Of a stretch of DNA of 64,000 nucleotides, positions 34,696 through 48,431 are shown piece by piece. The translations under genes were made by a program, and so were the position numbers. The notes below the pieces were generated by a model, which ran no database searches, was not told where the DNA came from, and saw only the letters and a program-made list of their open reading frames with translations. Location: the NCBI GenBank assembly GCA_036785375.1, contig JAWMAR010000045.1:3658001-3722000 (forward strand), read 5' to 3'. Numbering within the stretch: the first letter of the stretch is position 1; every line of letters starts with the position of its first letter. This DNA is from Leucoraja ocellata (lineage: Eukaryota).

Positions 34696-37513
34696 TTGAT
34701 TTGTAATTAGCCTGATTTGTAATTAGTTGACAAAACCTTAATTTATTCATCTGCAATATCGAGTGGGATGGGATAAGTGTAATAATAAAATGATATGCAA
34801 GGTGTCAGGCTGTCTGTCACAACATAAAGCCCCGATAACCCATTATTTCCATCAGTTAAATATTGGGAAGGTAGCACTATTGTCATTTGCCACTCAATTA
34901 TTATGTTTGTTTACCTCACTGACTATTTCAAAACCCCACCCGCCCAATTCCTTTGACAGGTTGAATAGAAATGTCCCCAATCGTGTTGTTTTAGTAATTG
35001 AACACGTAGATGAACATTCTCAAGGAGTGTAATCAGATGGAAATGGATTCAGATGCGATGTTTAAGAGCTTGTTCAAAGAAGGGGCATATTTTAAAGGAG
35101 TGACAGAGGTACTTGCAGGGGAATGTGTGAGGAGGTTATTATTTGTCTTTAGTTTTAGCTTGAACCAGGACATCTGAAGATTCAAAGTTTAATATAGTAA
35201 TTGCGCTGATACTGAATCCAACCAACCACATAATAAATATCATCCATTCCGGAAGTTTTATTTTTCTGATGCCATTTAAACTTCACTTGGATTTCAATCA
35301 CTTCAATGTAATAGTAATTGGGAATGGGGAGCATTAGAACAAAAAATTGCCCTCGGTACATATTAACTGTAATATAATAATGTATGCATGTTGATAGGTG
35401 CAATCAAATATTGGTTGCACCTACCAACATGCATACATTATTATATTACAGATATGCAACTGGAATCAGGGTCAGGAGTAGATCTTTTTATCATTGTTGT
35501 GTTATGAATACCACAGAAAATATTAAGTACTCTCAAGTTCACATTTAATAGAATAATATTGCTTAAATATAGAGATATTGGACTCTGCATTTCAGAAAAG
35601 TCCCAGGTGACAGCAAAATACTGAAAATATTGGGGGTGAAAATGACTTCAGGACAGTTTGTTAGGAAAATGAAGGAAATGGTAACATAATACTTATACAG
35701 CTGAGTGAGTATAATTTTTTGGATGAGAAATTGTGTTCAAACAATTGATGACATTTTGGCAAAGTAACTAGCATGTTAGATAACAAGGAAGCCAATGGAT
35801 GTAGCAAATTTTGTTATACAAAATTTGGTCCGTGAAGTGCCCCATAAAAGATTACCGCATTATATAAGCACCTGTGGACTTGAACGTAATAGGTTAAGTC
35901 CAGGGGGTCAGGGATGAGGCATTATGTGTGGGCAAGATATATTGTCAGTGCAGAAGGGCTAGGAGCAAGGCCAAGTGTGCATCCAGAGTATTCTGTCCTC
36001 TGCAGCAGAGGACAGAATACAGAGTCAAGGTCTGGAATAGTACTAGATGTGCAGTCAGAGCTGGGACAATGGGAGTGTTCAGCACGGGGAACCTAAGCAG
36101 GTAAGCAGCTATGATCAGGGTAGAACAGGGGGCCAGGTGTAAGGCTGGACTCAGGGTCAGGAATGAGAGAAGGTATGCAACTGCAGTCGGGGTCAGGAGT
36201 AGTACCAGGTGTGCAGTGAGACCCAGGTTGGTCAAGATGGGCCAAATGTTTGATTATAATCTGATTTTCATACATGAATATACTAAGATCATTCATGTGC
36301 TGCACCTGTTGATCAGAGCCTGGCTCTACTGTGGAATGTAATTAGGAATGTAATTTAGCCTAACATTCATAGCTAATCCAATTTAAAGCATAAATATTGC
36401 ATTCAAGTGCAAGTTAAAAGACTTGTTACAGTATGCACCAGATTGCACACTTTCAAGCTGAAAAATGCAAAAGCTCTGTACCAATGGGAGGGGGAATACC
36501 CCCCCCTCCCCCCCACCTCAGTCGCTACGCTCCCTCGGGCTTGGTCTCTCGCAATTTCTCTCTCCCAACTATCACCCAATGTTGGCAGCCCTGAATACTG
36601 GTATACACGGGAACATCGCTGTATAATACTGTGGGACAATATTGTCAGGGCATAGATCTGGTGAGGTGGAAAGTGGTACTGGCAATATTTACAGTATACA
36701 GGCATGGGGCAGTTATTTCAATTATTGAGAAAGGTGCAGAGCAGTGATGATTGAAATGTCAAGGAGGCCGAATGGAATAGTGAGTACTATGGCATTTGTA
36801 TCTTTAAATAAGTCAAATATCTTTATCTGGTTGTACACATTTAAAGTTAAACACATTACTCAAGAGTGACCTTCAGAGGTGGCATGAGTTATACATTTAG
36901 TCTCTACACATAAATGTTGTATAGAAATGCTGATCTGTTCATGGTTGAACAGGCACAGACAAACAGTTACAAGTCACATGCCTCATGGCATCCCTAAATC
37001 AACCATTCTGTGAACTAACCATGGAAGCTGGCTGAGGTGAAATCAAAAGAAACTCAACACACAAGAAGACCTAAAGACACTGAATTCTGGAATCTTAAAA
37101 GCAGATGGCATGCTAAACCACTACTGCTCTTGTCAGAAATTCTGTGATGCAAAATGTTAAGTTGCTTGAGGTCAGAGGCGCGACTCAGCTCCTAAAGTTA
37201 TGATTGCTGATGTGGATGGTTCAAGTGCTTGCCATTGTCCACAGAAGATGAATGGCATACAGAACTGTTTGTTCACAAGGCACCAAGTAATGGGGCACCA
37301 TGACAAAGTAATACATTTGTCAGCATTCAGTTACATACAAATGTACCAATTTTGCAATTGGTGTGAATTTCACCAAGACATAATTCTGGGTAAAATAGGC
37401 TGCTTGTCCCACGAGCCTGATCAACCAATTAATAAGATCAAGGCTGATCGGATTGTAATCTTAATTCTATATTCTCATTTACCCACAGTAACGACAGTAA
37501 CATGTTAAGCAAG

Positions 37514-38086
37514 CGTGTGCGGACGTGGCATCGAAGGATGAGAAGCCGAAGCAAAGAAGTGGAAGCCAAATAACCGAATGGAAACAAAGCTGAAACGCCA
37601 ACTAACTGAAAGGGCAGAATGCCTAAAAGCCAACTAACCGAAAGGTCGTGTCGCCTAAAGGCAAACTCACCGAATGGCCGCTCTGCCGAAACGCGACCTA
37701 ACCAAAAGGGCGCGTGGAGGTGTCAGGGTCCGGGGGTGGGGAAATCACCCTGGTGTAGGGGTTGAGGTCCGATGGCGGTGCATTGTGTTCAGTGATTCTG
37801 GGTTATTTGACTTTTCTGTTGAGCGGCCACTCGATTAGTTGGCTTGTAGGCCACGCAGCCTCTCGATTAGGTGGCGTTTCGGCAGAGCAGACATTCGGTG
37901 ACTTTGCGTTTAGGCGACTGAGCCTTTTGGTTAGTTGGCTTTTAGGCGTCCCACCCTTTCGGTTAGTTGGAGTTTTGACTTTGTACGCTTTTGGTTATTT
38001 GGCGTTTCGGCTTTGTTTCCATTCGGTTATTTGGCTTCCACTTCTTTGCTTCAGCTCCTCGTCCTTCAACGCCATGTCCGGGTACC
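37514..38086. mobile_element. Foldback MITE with long inverted arms and 9-bp TSD (Mutator-like)
   Basis: TSD TTAAGCAAG at 37505-37513 and 38087-38095; arms are reverse complements over ~190 bp. Confidence 0.88.
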
Positions 38087-38331
38087 TTAAGCAAGTGTCC
38101 ATCCATCTATAAAAATATTTAAAGACTGTATTTCGAGGAAAAGAGTTCCAAAGTTTCTTGAATCCAAGAGAGAATCATGACACCTAGAACATTGGGAACT
38201 CTGCCTTCACTAACCATTCCTTTACCATTTTTCTATTTCTTTTAAATTTCCTGCCAAAATGGACAATTTTTCTATTTCTAATATTATGTCCCATTTATTA
38301 GATCATTTGCCCATTTTCTAAACCCATCTAT

Positions 38332-41300
38332 TGTAGTGCGACACGTGTTGTGAAGCAAAGTGATCTGTATTGAGTTAAAAAAAGAACAGCTCACACGTGA
38401 CTGGGGAGGGTTTTCCCAAAGTTATCTATATCTATATATCTATATATAATATTAAAACTGTGTGTGTGTTTCTACCTGACTTGTGGGTGCCAGCCTTTGA
38501 TTCGTTGCTACACCAACACCAGACCCACAAAAAAAGCCCAGATTTTTTCCATTTCGGTAGAGATTTCACTTTTCATTCCAAGTATCATTAAATTTTGTCG
38601 TGTTTATGTACACATTTTTAATAAAATCCTTCTCCCCCCACTCACTCATTTTGTCGCCTCCTGCTGGCCATCGACCATAACGGCTGCTGGCGCCCACCTC
38701 TCGCCTCAAAGACGCCATTTAAAAACAGCCGCACTGCTCAGTGCTCGAATCTTCAGTTGGAGGACCACGTCTCCCGTGGGGGCTATGAGCAGGGAATGGC
38801 TGCGTTGGGGGAGCTGACCCAACGGGTCTGCACTTGGTCTAGTATATATATATATATATATATCAGCGCACACCCCTAAGCCACGTGACGATTTCTTCCC
38901 GCAAACCTAGTCACGTGACCCTGCCAGTCTCGGGCCAAGAGTTCGCCCAATAAGTGGCCTAACCACCGGGTGGTGCCACAGTAAAACCCCCCAGAACCAG
39001 AGGCATGAAAAGGAAACGGCAGATGAACGAAACGGCCGGACCTCGTACACACATCCCTCCGCACATGGGACACAACCGGGAAAGGCGAAATAGGAGCGGC
39101 CAGGACTGCGGACGCCCCCGACGAAGAGCTTGAAACTACCTGCACTGGTTCACTAATGTCCAAATGGGCTGGCTTCAGGTGAGCTACCGACACCGTCTCG
39201 CCTAAAGCCGGCACAACAAGCCAAACAAAAGTGGCGTGTCCATGCTGCAGCACCCAGAAAGGGCCCTCGTATGGACGCTGCAGTGGCGACCGGTGAGCGT
39301 CGTGGCGCAGGAACACATACAAACAGTCTTGGAGAGCGTGCCCACCTTCTCCAGCAAACGGACCAACACAGACGAGGGTGGCTCCTGCAACCCAAGGGCC
39401 GCCGGAACAAAATCGCCCGGAACCGTAAGCGGAGTACCATAAACCAATTCCACAGAGGAAGAAGCCAAATCCTCATTTAGGGCAGTACGAATCCCCATCA
39501 AAACCCACGGCAACTCGTCCATCCACTCCGGGCCCGTGAGCCGCACCTTCAGAGCGGCCTTGAAATGACGGTGGGACCGCACCACCAAACCGTTGGATTG
39601 GGGATGATGGGCTGTGATGTGATGGAGCTGGGCCTCCAACAGGTGGGCCATAGCAGACCACAACTCAGAGGTGAACTGAGTGTCCCGGTCCGCCGAAATG
39701 TCCGCCGCGACACCAAAATGGGCGATCCAGCAGGCAGTGAGGGCACGGGCACACGTCACAGCAGAAGTATTAGCCAGCAGGATAGCCTCCAGCCACCGTG
39801 TGAAACGATCCACCACCGTAAGGAGTTGTGTGACTCCCCGGGACGGGGGCAGCGGACCCACGATATCCACATGAATGTGGTCGAACCGCCGTTGAGGCAA
39901 AGCAAAATCCTGAACAGGCGCCCGGACATGCCACTGAATTTTAGACATCTGGCACAGAATGCACGGCCAGGCCCAATGACCAACCTGCTTATGCAAGCCT
40001 TCCACATGAACCGCGCCGCCACCAATGCAATCGTAGTTTGGATGGAAGGGTGAGTCAACCCGTGGATGACGTTGAACACCCGACAGCGCCAGGATAATGG
40101 GCCGCACCTGACCAGTGGACACATCGCACAGTACCGTAGCACCAGCAGGACCAAACGGCACGTCTTCCAAAACCAAGCCAGAAATAACAGGCAGGCATCT
40201 CCCCATCCTTCAGCTGGGCAGCCGCCAAGGCGGGATTGGGCCACATCACGGACGGCACAGATGGCTGGCCAAAACAACGCATCGGCGGCCCGGTTACTTT
40301 TACCCTCGACGTGACGGATGCTGGTTGTAAACTCCAAGACATATGCCAACTGACACTGTTGCCAAGAGGACCAGGAATCTGACATCTTCGCAAACGCAAA
40401 GGTGAGGGGCTTGTGATCAGTAAAGGCAGTAAATTCCCGGCCCTCAAGGAAATAGTGAAAGTGTTGCACTGCCAGGTATAATGCAAGGAGCTCCCAGTCA
40501 AAGGAACTGTACTTCCGCTCCACTCGGTTCAGTTGCCGGCTGAAAGAGGCCAGGGGCCACCAGCACCCCTCGAACATCTGCTCCAACGCACCACCCACAG
40601 CGGAGTCAGAGGCGTCAACCGTCAGGGTGGTCGGGGCATCACGGTGGACCAGCATCGTTGCCCGTGACAACACCTCCTTCGCACCATCGAAAGCAGCCAC
40701 GGCCTCGTCATTCCACTGAACGTCCCGCTGCTTGCTGGCCGCGTGAACTGGCCTCCACCTTATCTGGGAGCGGGACCGCACCGTGCTGGTCACGCAATGA
40801 CTCAGGAAATCAATAGAACTGAGGCCGAACTGATATTTGGAAAATGGGAGATGGGCACAATTCTCCTGGCTAGAGCGACTGGTAATGAGAATGTCAACCA
40901 TATAATTAAACAGAAAGTCCAAGCTGTGACCCACCGTATCCATCAGGCGCTGGAAAGCCTGCGTGGTGTTCTTCCGGCCAAATGGCATACAGAGAAATTC
41001 AAACAGTCTGAAAGGACTGATTATGGGCGTCTTTGGCACGCCCTCCAGGCGAACAGGAATTTGATGATAACCCCGTAGCAGGACGACCTTGGAAAAAAAC
41101 TTGGATGTGATGCACCAGTCAGATGGGCGGAAAAGTCCTGAATGTTTGGGATAGGATATCGATCCATAGTTGTGGCGTCAGTAATCTCCATGAGGCCTCC
41201 AGCCCCCGGCGACTTTGGGGACCATGTGTACCGGAGAAGCTCACGGGCTGTCGGAGCTTCGTACAATTCCCATGGCTTCCATCTGGCGGAACTCAGCTTG

Positions 41301-42696
41301 GCAAAATGGAACTTGTCGGGTGGAACCCTGCATACACGCGCGTGAAGCGGCGGTCCTGAGGTGAGGATGTGATGCACCAAACCGTGTTTAGGGCAGGCAA
41401 AATGAAATTGAGGGGTCAGAATGCCGGGAAAGTCTGCCAATATCTTACAATAAATATTGTCCATGAAAGACACCGGGTCACGGCACAGCGTAGCAGATGT
41501 GGCGTGGTGTAAGGAGATGGACTCAAACGTTGCAGCATGAACGAGGCACTGCCCCCTCGTATCCATCAACAGGGATTGAGCCCGGAGGAAATCGGCACCC
41601 AGCAACATCAGGGAGAAGTCGGCAACCGTGAACGGCCAGGTAAAATGGCAGGAGCCTAAGATAAGCGGGACCATGTGAATGCCATATGCCCATATGGAGC
41701 AGCCATTTGCTGCGGTTCACGAGGGCCCCTGCTTTCTGGAACGAATGTCGACCCCCGATGGGGGCAAAACGTTAACCTCCGCCCCCGTATCAATAAGGAA
41801 CCGTCGTCCTGAATGTTGGTCCCAAGCGTAGAGGCGGTGTATCTGGCCGATTGCCGCAGCGATTACTGGCGGCCGGCCCCGGCATTTCCAAGATACAGCA
41901 TTGACGGGCCATGGAACCCCAGCATTGATGATAGTAACACCATTTCCCTTTACCAGCTTCTCCCGGGACCAGAGGCGCAGCCGAACTCCTGGTGGATACA
42001 AGGCTTGGTCACTGGGCCTTCCAAGGCACTGCCGACACCCGATCAAGCAAATCGTCGCCCTGCTGCTTTGACTGCCACAACTCATCCGCATGTTCCACTA
42101 GCTGCAGGGATTCTTAAAAATTCTCACCCGCGAGGAGCAGGCGGATGTCGTCCGGCATCCGCTCCAGAAAGGCGTGTTCAAACAAGAGACAGGGATGATG
42201 AACGTCCCTCAGAGTGAGCATTTCGCTCATGAACACAGACGGCTAGCGATCGTCAAGACCGCCCATGTGCATGAGCCGTGCTGCTTGAAGCCGGCGGCTG
42301 AGCCCGAAGGAACAGAGGAGCAACGTGTTGAGGCCCTCGTACTTGTCCGCAGCCGGTGGCATGCATAGGTAAGGGACCAGGTGACCGGCCGTCTCCTGAT
42401 CCAGTGCGCCGACCACGTAATAGTACCAGATGTCATCAGCCATGATGCGGCAAATGTGAAACTGGGCCTCGGCCTGCTGAAACCACACTTGTGGCTGCAA
42501 TGTCCAGAACACGGGTAGCTTAAGAGCGACAGCATTCTGCTGGGCAGGATTGATGGCAACTTTGAGTTGAGCATCGGCTGCATCCATTTTTCAAATCCAA
42601 ACTACCCGTTTTGGAACGTCGGGGTCACCAATATAGCGAAAGTCCTAGGGCTGAGGGTTCGTCCAATAAGCGGCCTAACCACCAGGTGGCGCCACA
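38332..42696 (-). mobile_element. Decayed near-full-length Gypsy LTR retrotransposon (gag-PR-RT-RH-IN)
   Basis: gag LKLPVFW..PQVWFQQAEAQF; PR FLIDTGAEV; RH VDASDSAVGG..FTDHKPL; IN RRFDHIHVDIVGPLP..HPQSNGLV. PBS tggtgaccccgacgt (tRNA-Trp-like); PPT ctgggggg; 4-bp TSD CTAT. Confidence 0.92.
38439..38842 (+). mobile_element. Short non-autonomous Helitron inserted in the Gypsy 3' LTR
   Basis: 5' TCTATATATAATATTAAAAC; 3' hairpin GACCCAACGGGTC then CTAG|T. Confidence 0.8.
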
Positions 42697-45597
42697 CTAT
42701 ATTCTTTTGTTGCCTCTCTACATACTTTTCACAAATTACTTTCCTACTTTTCTTTGTGTCTTCAGCAAATTTAGCAGCCATACTTGCAATTTTTAAAATC
42801 TAAATCATTTATATAAATTGTAAAATGTTGAGGCCCCAGCACTGATCCCCCTGGCGCACCACATTTACATGTTGGCCTCTGCAAATCCACCCTCACACAC
42901 ATAGACATCCCCCTTATCCACAGTGTACATTACTTTCAAAGAAGTCCAGCAAATTGGATTTCATTTTCACAAAACCATGTTGACTATGCCTGATTCTGTT
43001 GAACTATCCAAAACACTTTGTAAATAATATACTCAATAATAGCTTTTACATTTTTCCCCATGATAGCTAACCTGTCTGCTGTTTCCTACATTCTGTCTCC
43101 CTCCCTTTTTTGAATAAAGATGTCATGTTGGCTTTCTTTCCATCTAATGGAATTTTCAATGAATCTAGAGAATTTTTGATAAATTAAAAGCAATAAACCA
43201 ACTATCTCACAACTGATCAAGAATAAGTACAACATAAAGTACTGAGCAGAAATGCCACAGCATGACTTGATCTGAATCCTGGATGTTTTATCAGAATATA
43301 CTAGCAACTTGACTTATACATGATTTATATAGTCAGATCCCAACAAATCTGTGTCAGGTAGTCATGCTCTGCTCTGGGTGACATAATGTTGGTTTTGTCT
43401 CACTCACGCTGCTCTGCATTATGTAAGAAATTTAGGAGACAAGGTCGGACAAGCAGAGAGATTTCTAGCTTGATTCTGAGCTAGGCATTAGCAAGTACGG
43501 TGGCCACAAGCAAAACGCAAATGCTTTTTCACAGCCCGGGGAAATATGAATAATACTGACTGCGTTTTGGGGAATGTACAGCTGGCCACCCATGCCAGGG
43601 AAAATACAAGACATTAGTTAGCGGAAATGTGCTTTTAGTTCTGTAAGATCTCCAAAGATCAATGCACAGCACAGAAGCTGCAAAAGCAATCAGCACTAAG
43701 TGTACTGTGTACAATTCAGATTGAATACCCCTTCAATATAAAATTAATGTCTACATTCATACAGAAAAAAGATTGTCACAGGCTTGTCACTTCCCTCCAT
43801 TCCATCTTCACAGTGCATTGCATTAAGAAGGCTGCGAGGATCGTCAAGGGTGCCTATTACCCTGGAGATTCTCGTTTTTCTCATCTACTTTCTGGGAGAA
43901 GATAAAGGAGCTTGAAAGCTCAGGCACACCCCATTCACAGAGGAGCTGCCACACACTCTTACTCTTACCTTCCTTCCTTCCTTCCTTCTCCCCAGAGATG
44001 CTGCCTGTCCCGCTGAGTTACTCCAGCTTTTTGTGGCCATCTTCAGTTTATACCAACATCTGCAGTTCCTTCCTACACACTCTTACTCTTAAAGGGCCTG
44101 TCCCACTTAGAACACCTCCACCTCTGGCGACCTTAAGCGACTTTAAAAAAATCAAGATCGCGGTGAGCTTAGACCTCCTTCGACTATGTGTACGACCTCC
44201 TACGACCTTCCAAGAATATGTTGAAGACCTCCTATGACTATGTTGAAGAGCTCCTTCGACTATGAAGAAGACCTCCTTCGACCATGTTGAATACTGGCTT
44301 CGACCATGTACGTTGGTCTCTGGCAAATCATTGTGAACAATGCAAGCAATGAAAGAACTAGTTTGAAGGATGTTAGTAAAAATACAACTACTGCTTTTGC
44401 TTCAGCAGCCTTTTAAGAAAGGCAGAAGGGGAAGAGCAAGGGTGAAGAGGAAGCACAAGAAGATATCTCAATGGGTGAATGGAGATGATGTGATGGACTG
44501 TCCCAGTGCACCTGATGAATGGAAGAGAGTGGTGCTGGGCTATGACAAAAGATAGAACTTTAAGCACACATGTGGGGCAGTGGATGGCAAGCATGCCATT
44601 CCTATCCCTGTCTCTGTACCTCTCATTATCGTTTTCGTACAGGATGGCATTCTGCTGGAACCATTCCTCAAGGTCCCCCTCCTGCTGCCTGGTGAAGGTG
44701 TAGGGCATAACCTTCCTCCAGCCCTCCATCACCACCAATGGGGCATCTGCCTCTGTTGTTGTGTCAGACACAGGAGAAAGGGCTGCTTTGCTGCCTTCAA
44801 ATGAGGCAGTGAAGGATGGGGTGGTGGTGGGGACATATACTATCTCCCTGGTCTCCTCCTCCAGGGGTCTCTCATGCAGGGCTACCTCCTCCTGCACTAT
44901 CACCTCCTGTGGCATCACCTCCTGCCATTCCTCCTCCTGGGTGGGCAACACCTGCATGGCAGGCTTTTTTTTTAGGATTGTGCCCTCCCCCTGCACTGCT
45001 GCCTTTTTGGTGCCATCTCTACAACACGTCTCCTCTCCAAAAAACTCTCCAGCTATGAATGAACATGCCTTGGGAATTGAAATGCCTTTATTTGCCGTTG
45101 TGCGCACTGCATACAACAAAATTGTTATTGCCACTCCATTGGTTCATAATATACAAACATAAAAACAGGGGACACAATTTAAAAACAATGTTAAAAATTA
45201 GGTATCAAGATAAGTAAGTAATCAATACTGCACATGGTGATAGTAAAGTTCAAGGTGGGTAACAGCATGGAAGAGTGCAGCATGAATAATACAAGTGTTT
45301 TTTCATATTGAGTGTGAAGATTGCTTTGGGGAAGAAATAGAGCTCATGGGGCTAGTGGAATCAAGGGATATGGGGAGAAGGCAGGCACGGGTTATTGATT
45401 GGGGATGATCAGCCATGATCACAATGAATGGTGGTGCTGGCTCGAAGGGCCAAATGGCCTCCTCCTGCACCTATTTTCTATGTTTCTATGTCTCTGAGTC
45501 TGGAGGTGTGTGCTTTGGCTGACCAGAGGGCAACAGTTCAAAAAGGTGGTGACTGGGGTGTGTGGAGTCTTTGATGATTTTAATGACTGCTGAGGTA

Positions 45598-46164
45598 GAC
45601 ATAAAAACATAGAAAATAGGTGCAGGAGTAGGCCATTCGGCCCTTCGAGCCTGTACCGCCATTCAATATGATCATGGCTGATCATCCAACTCAGTATCCT
45701 GTACCTGCCTTCTCTCCATACCCCCTGATCCCTTTAGCCACAAAGGCCACATCTAACTCCCTCTTAAATATAGCCAATGTACTGGCCTCAACTACCTTCT
45801 GTGGCAGAGAGTTCCAGAGATTCACCACTCTCTGTGTGAAAAATGTTTTTCTCATCTCGGTCCTAAAGGATTTCCCCTCTATCCTTAAGCTGTGACCCCT
45901 TGTCCTGGACTTCCCCAACATCGGGAACAATCTTCCTGTATCTAGCCTGTCCAACCCCTTAAGAATTTTGTAAGTTTGTATAAGATCCCCTCTCAATCTT
46001 CTGAATTCTAGTGAGTACAAGCCGAGTCTATCCAGTCTTTCTTCATATGAAAGTCCTGACATCCCAGGAATCAGTCTGGTGAACCTTCTCTGTACTCCCT
46101 CTATGGCAAGAATGGCTTTTCTCAGATTTGGAGACCAAAACTGTACGCAATACTCCAGGTGTGA
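45598..46164 (-). mobile_element. CR1 3' fragment inserted in Rex1
   Basis: HLEYCVQFWSP...GYGEKAGTGY plus tail. Confidence 0.9.
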
Positions 46165-47410
46165 GGTGGCAATATTCTCCAGAGAGGGCAGTGGGCAGCC
46201 GGTGATTCCCTCTGCTGTTTTTACCACTCTCTGAAGTGCTTTCTTATCTGCAGCAGAGCAGCCTGCATACCACGCTGACATGCAATATGTCAGTAGACTC
46301 TCAATGGTCATCCGGTAAAAGGCCACCAGCAGCTTCTTCTTGGTGATGTGCCTCCTGAGCACTCTCAGGAAGTGGAGTCTCTGTTGTGCTTTCTTGACAG
46401 TTGCAGTGGTGTAGGCCAACCAGGAGAGGTCCTCGGATATGAGGGCTCCTAGGAATTTGGAAGTCTGCACCCTTTCCACACATGTTGCGTCGTCAGCAAA
46501 TTTAATCATTATGTTGGAAGGGTGGGCAGATGTACAGTCATAGGTGTATAAGGAGTAAAGGAGTGGACTCAGCACACAGCCTTGAGGTGCACCAGTGCTT
46601 AGTGTGATGGAGGAGGAGATGTGGGGGCCGGTTTTAACTCACTGTGGGCGGTTTGTGAGAACGTTTTTGATCCATGTGCAGATGGGGGAGGTGAGGCCTG
46701 GGTCAAGCAGTTTGCTGATTAAAATCTGCAGAATGATAATATTGAATGCTGAATGATAATCAATAAATAGCATCCTCACGTAGCTTTCCCGGTGTTCCAA
46801 GTGGGTCAGTGCGGTGTGAGTTGCTATGGCAATGGGGTCCTCAGTGGATCTGTTATCTCTGTAGGCAAGCTGATGTGGGTCGAAGGAGGGAGGTAGGCTG
46901 GTTCTGATGTGATGCAGGACTAGTTTCTCGAAGCACTTCATAATCACTGGTGTAAGTGCAATCGGTCAATAGTCATTCGAATCCTCAGGGACTGGCTTTT
47001 TGGGAATAGAAATGACAGTGGCTCACTTTAAGCAGGGTGGTATGATAGCTTGTGACAGGGAGATGTTAAAAATCTTTGTGAAGACCCCAGCGAGTTGGTC
47101 AGCACATGCCTGGAGTACTTTACTCGGTACTCCATTAGGTCCAGCAGCCTTACTTGGATTCACTGACCTCAACGCACGCCTCACATCCTGTTCCTGTAGT
47201 GTGAGTGTGTGGGTGTTAGAGACAGGTGGAAGCAGTGAGTCTGCAGCAGGCCTGTTAACCTCAAACCAGGCAAAGAAATGGTTAAGCTCCTCAGCGTCAG
47301 CATTTACAGTGCTGTTGGTACTGCCTTTATAGTTGATTATGTGCTGTAACCCTTGCCACACTCTCCACGGGTCATTGTGTGACAGGTGGCCCTCAATCCT
47401 CGATGACAAA
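46165..47410 (-). mobile_element. Rex1/Babar LINE RT fragment
   Basis: KAAGPNGVP..ADQLAGVF; MKCFEKLV..NRSTED..YVRMLFIDY.SAFN; LSPLLYSLYTYDC..KFADD; KKAQQRLHFLR. Confidence 0.9.
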
Positions 47411-48026
47411 GGTGACTTTCTGCTGTTTAAATAACCTTTTTTTTTTCAACTGACCTTTTCTTCACCCCGGAGCTATTACCTTTGACTACCTTCGACTGCC
47501 TACGACTAGCATCACGACCTACTACGATCTACCTACGAGTAATAAGTACCGATTTATTTCCATGGCGACCTTTTTTTTACTCGTGGACATTTTTATCAGG
47601 CTGGAAAAAACGTCGCAACCTACCTGAGGCCACGAGTATGAAGAGACCACTCACAAGCATGAGGAAGAGTTACGAAGACCTCCTACGACCTCGTGGCAAC
47701 CATGCTGCAAGTACGAGTCAAGGGCAAACTCGGTAGAGGTCGCCAATTAAGTCGTGAAAGTGGGCTTAAGTCTACCTCATCCAAAGTTTTCAATATTGCA
47801 CTTTAATATATATTTTTGCACAACTCAGGCCTGCACTACAATATTGCACCATTCTGTTGTTTTGCACTTATTGTTGTATTCATAGTTGTGTTTATCATTA
47901 TTGCTGAATATACTACTCTGTAACCTTCATGTAAACTAGTCATTTCATTTGCAGCTTGGTTTATATGACAAAAAATGAATTTGAATCGGAAACTAAACAT
48001 AAATAATACGTAAAACCTTATATAGA

Positions 48027-48335
48027 TAGTTTGGTTTAGTTTAGAGATACAGCTTGGAAACAGCTTCGGCCCACCAAGTCTGCGCCGACCCCTTAATCCC
48101 CATACACTAGCACTATCCTACACACTATGGACAATTTCCAATTTTCACCGAAGCCAAATTAACCTGCAAACCTGTACGTCTTTGGAAAGTGGGAGGAGAC
48201 TAGAGCACCTGGAGAAAACTCAAGCAGTCACGGGAAGAACGTACAAACTCCATGCAGACAGCACCCGTAGTCAGGATCGAACCCAGGACTCTGGCGCTGT
48301 GAGGCAGCAACTCTACCGCTACGCCACCATATTGC
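48027..48335 (-). mobile_element. HE1-like V-SINE
   Basis: Reverse complement has ggtggcgtagcggtagagttgctgcctcacagcgccag...gggttcgatcctg and the tail tatctctaaactaaacc. Confidence 0.82.
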
Positions 48336-48431
48336 CCCTTATCACTTGGACATATCACAAAACAATTTACAGTGCCAATTGGTTTCAAAATACCATGGCT
48401 AGGTCAAGAGAGTATTGAATATACAACATAC

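Larger units (their letters stand above)
31428..36593. mobile_element. Putative TIR element (CAGGG(C/T)(C/T)GCCAAC termini) containing nested LINE insertions
   Basis: cagggccgccaac at 31428 and gttggcagccctg ending 36593; flanks aatattg / aatactg. Confidence 0.5.
44093..47766. mobile_element. Internally deleted PIF/Harbinger transposon with nested Rex1 and CR1
   Basis: Left TIR agggcctgtcccactt after TAA; partial right TIR aagtgggc; acgacct subterminal repeats at both ends. Transposase remnant MDCPSAPDEW...*NFKHTCGAVDGKH (+, 44493-44594); MADF/Myb-like FTRQQEGDLEEWFQQNAILY..RYRD (-). Confidence 0.82.

Noticed and set aside
45691-46575. 294-aa ORF as a novel RT gene
   Set aside because: It is a chance in-frame junction of a Rex1 fragment and an inserted CR1 3' end at ~46165.
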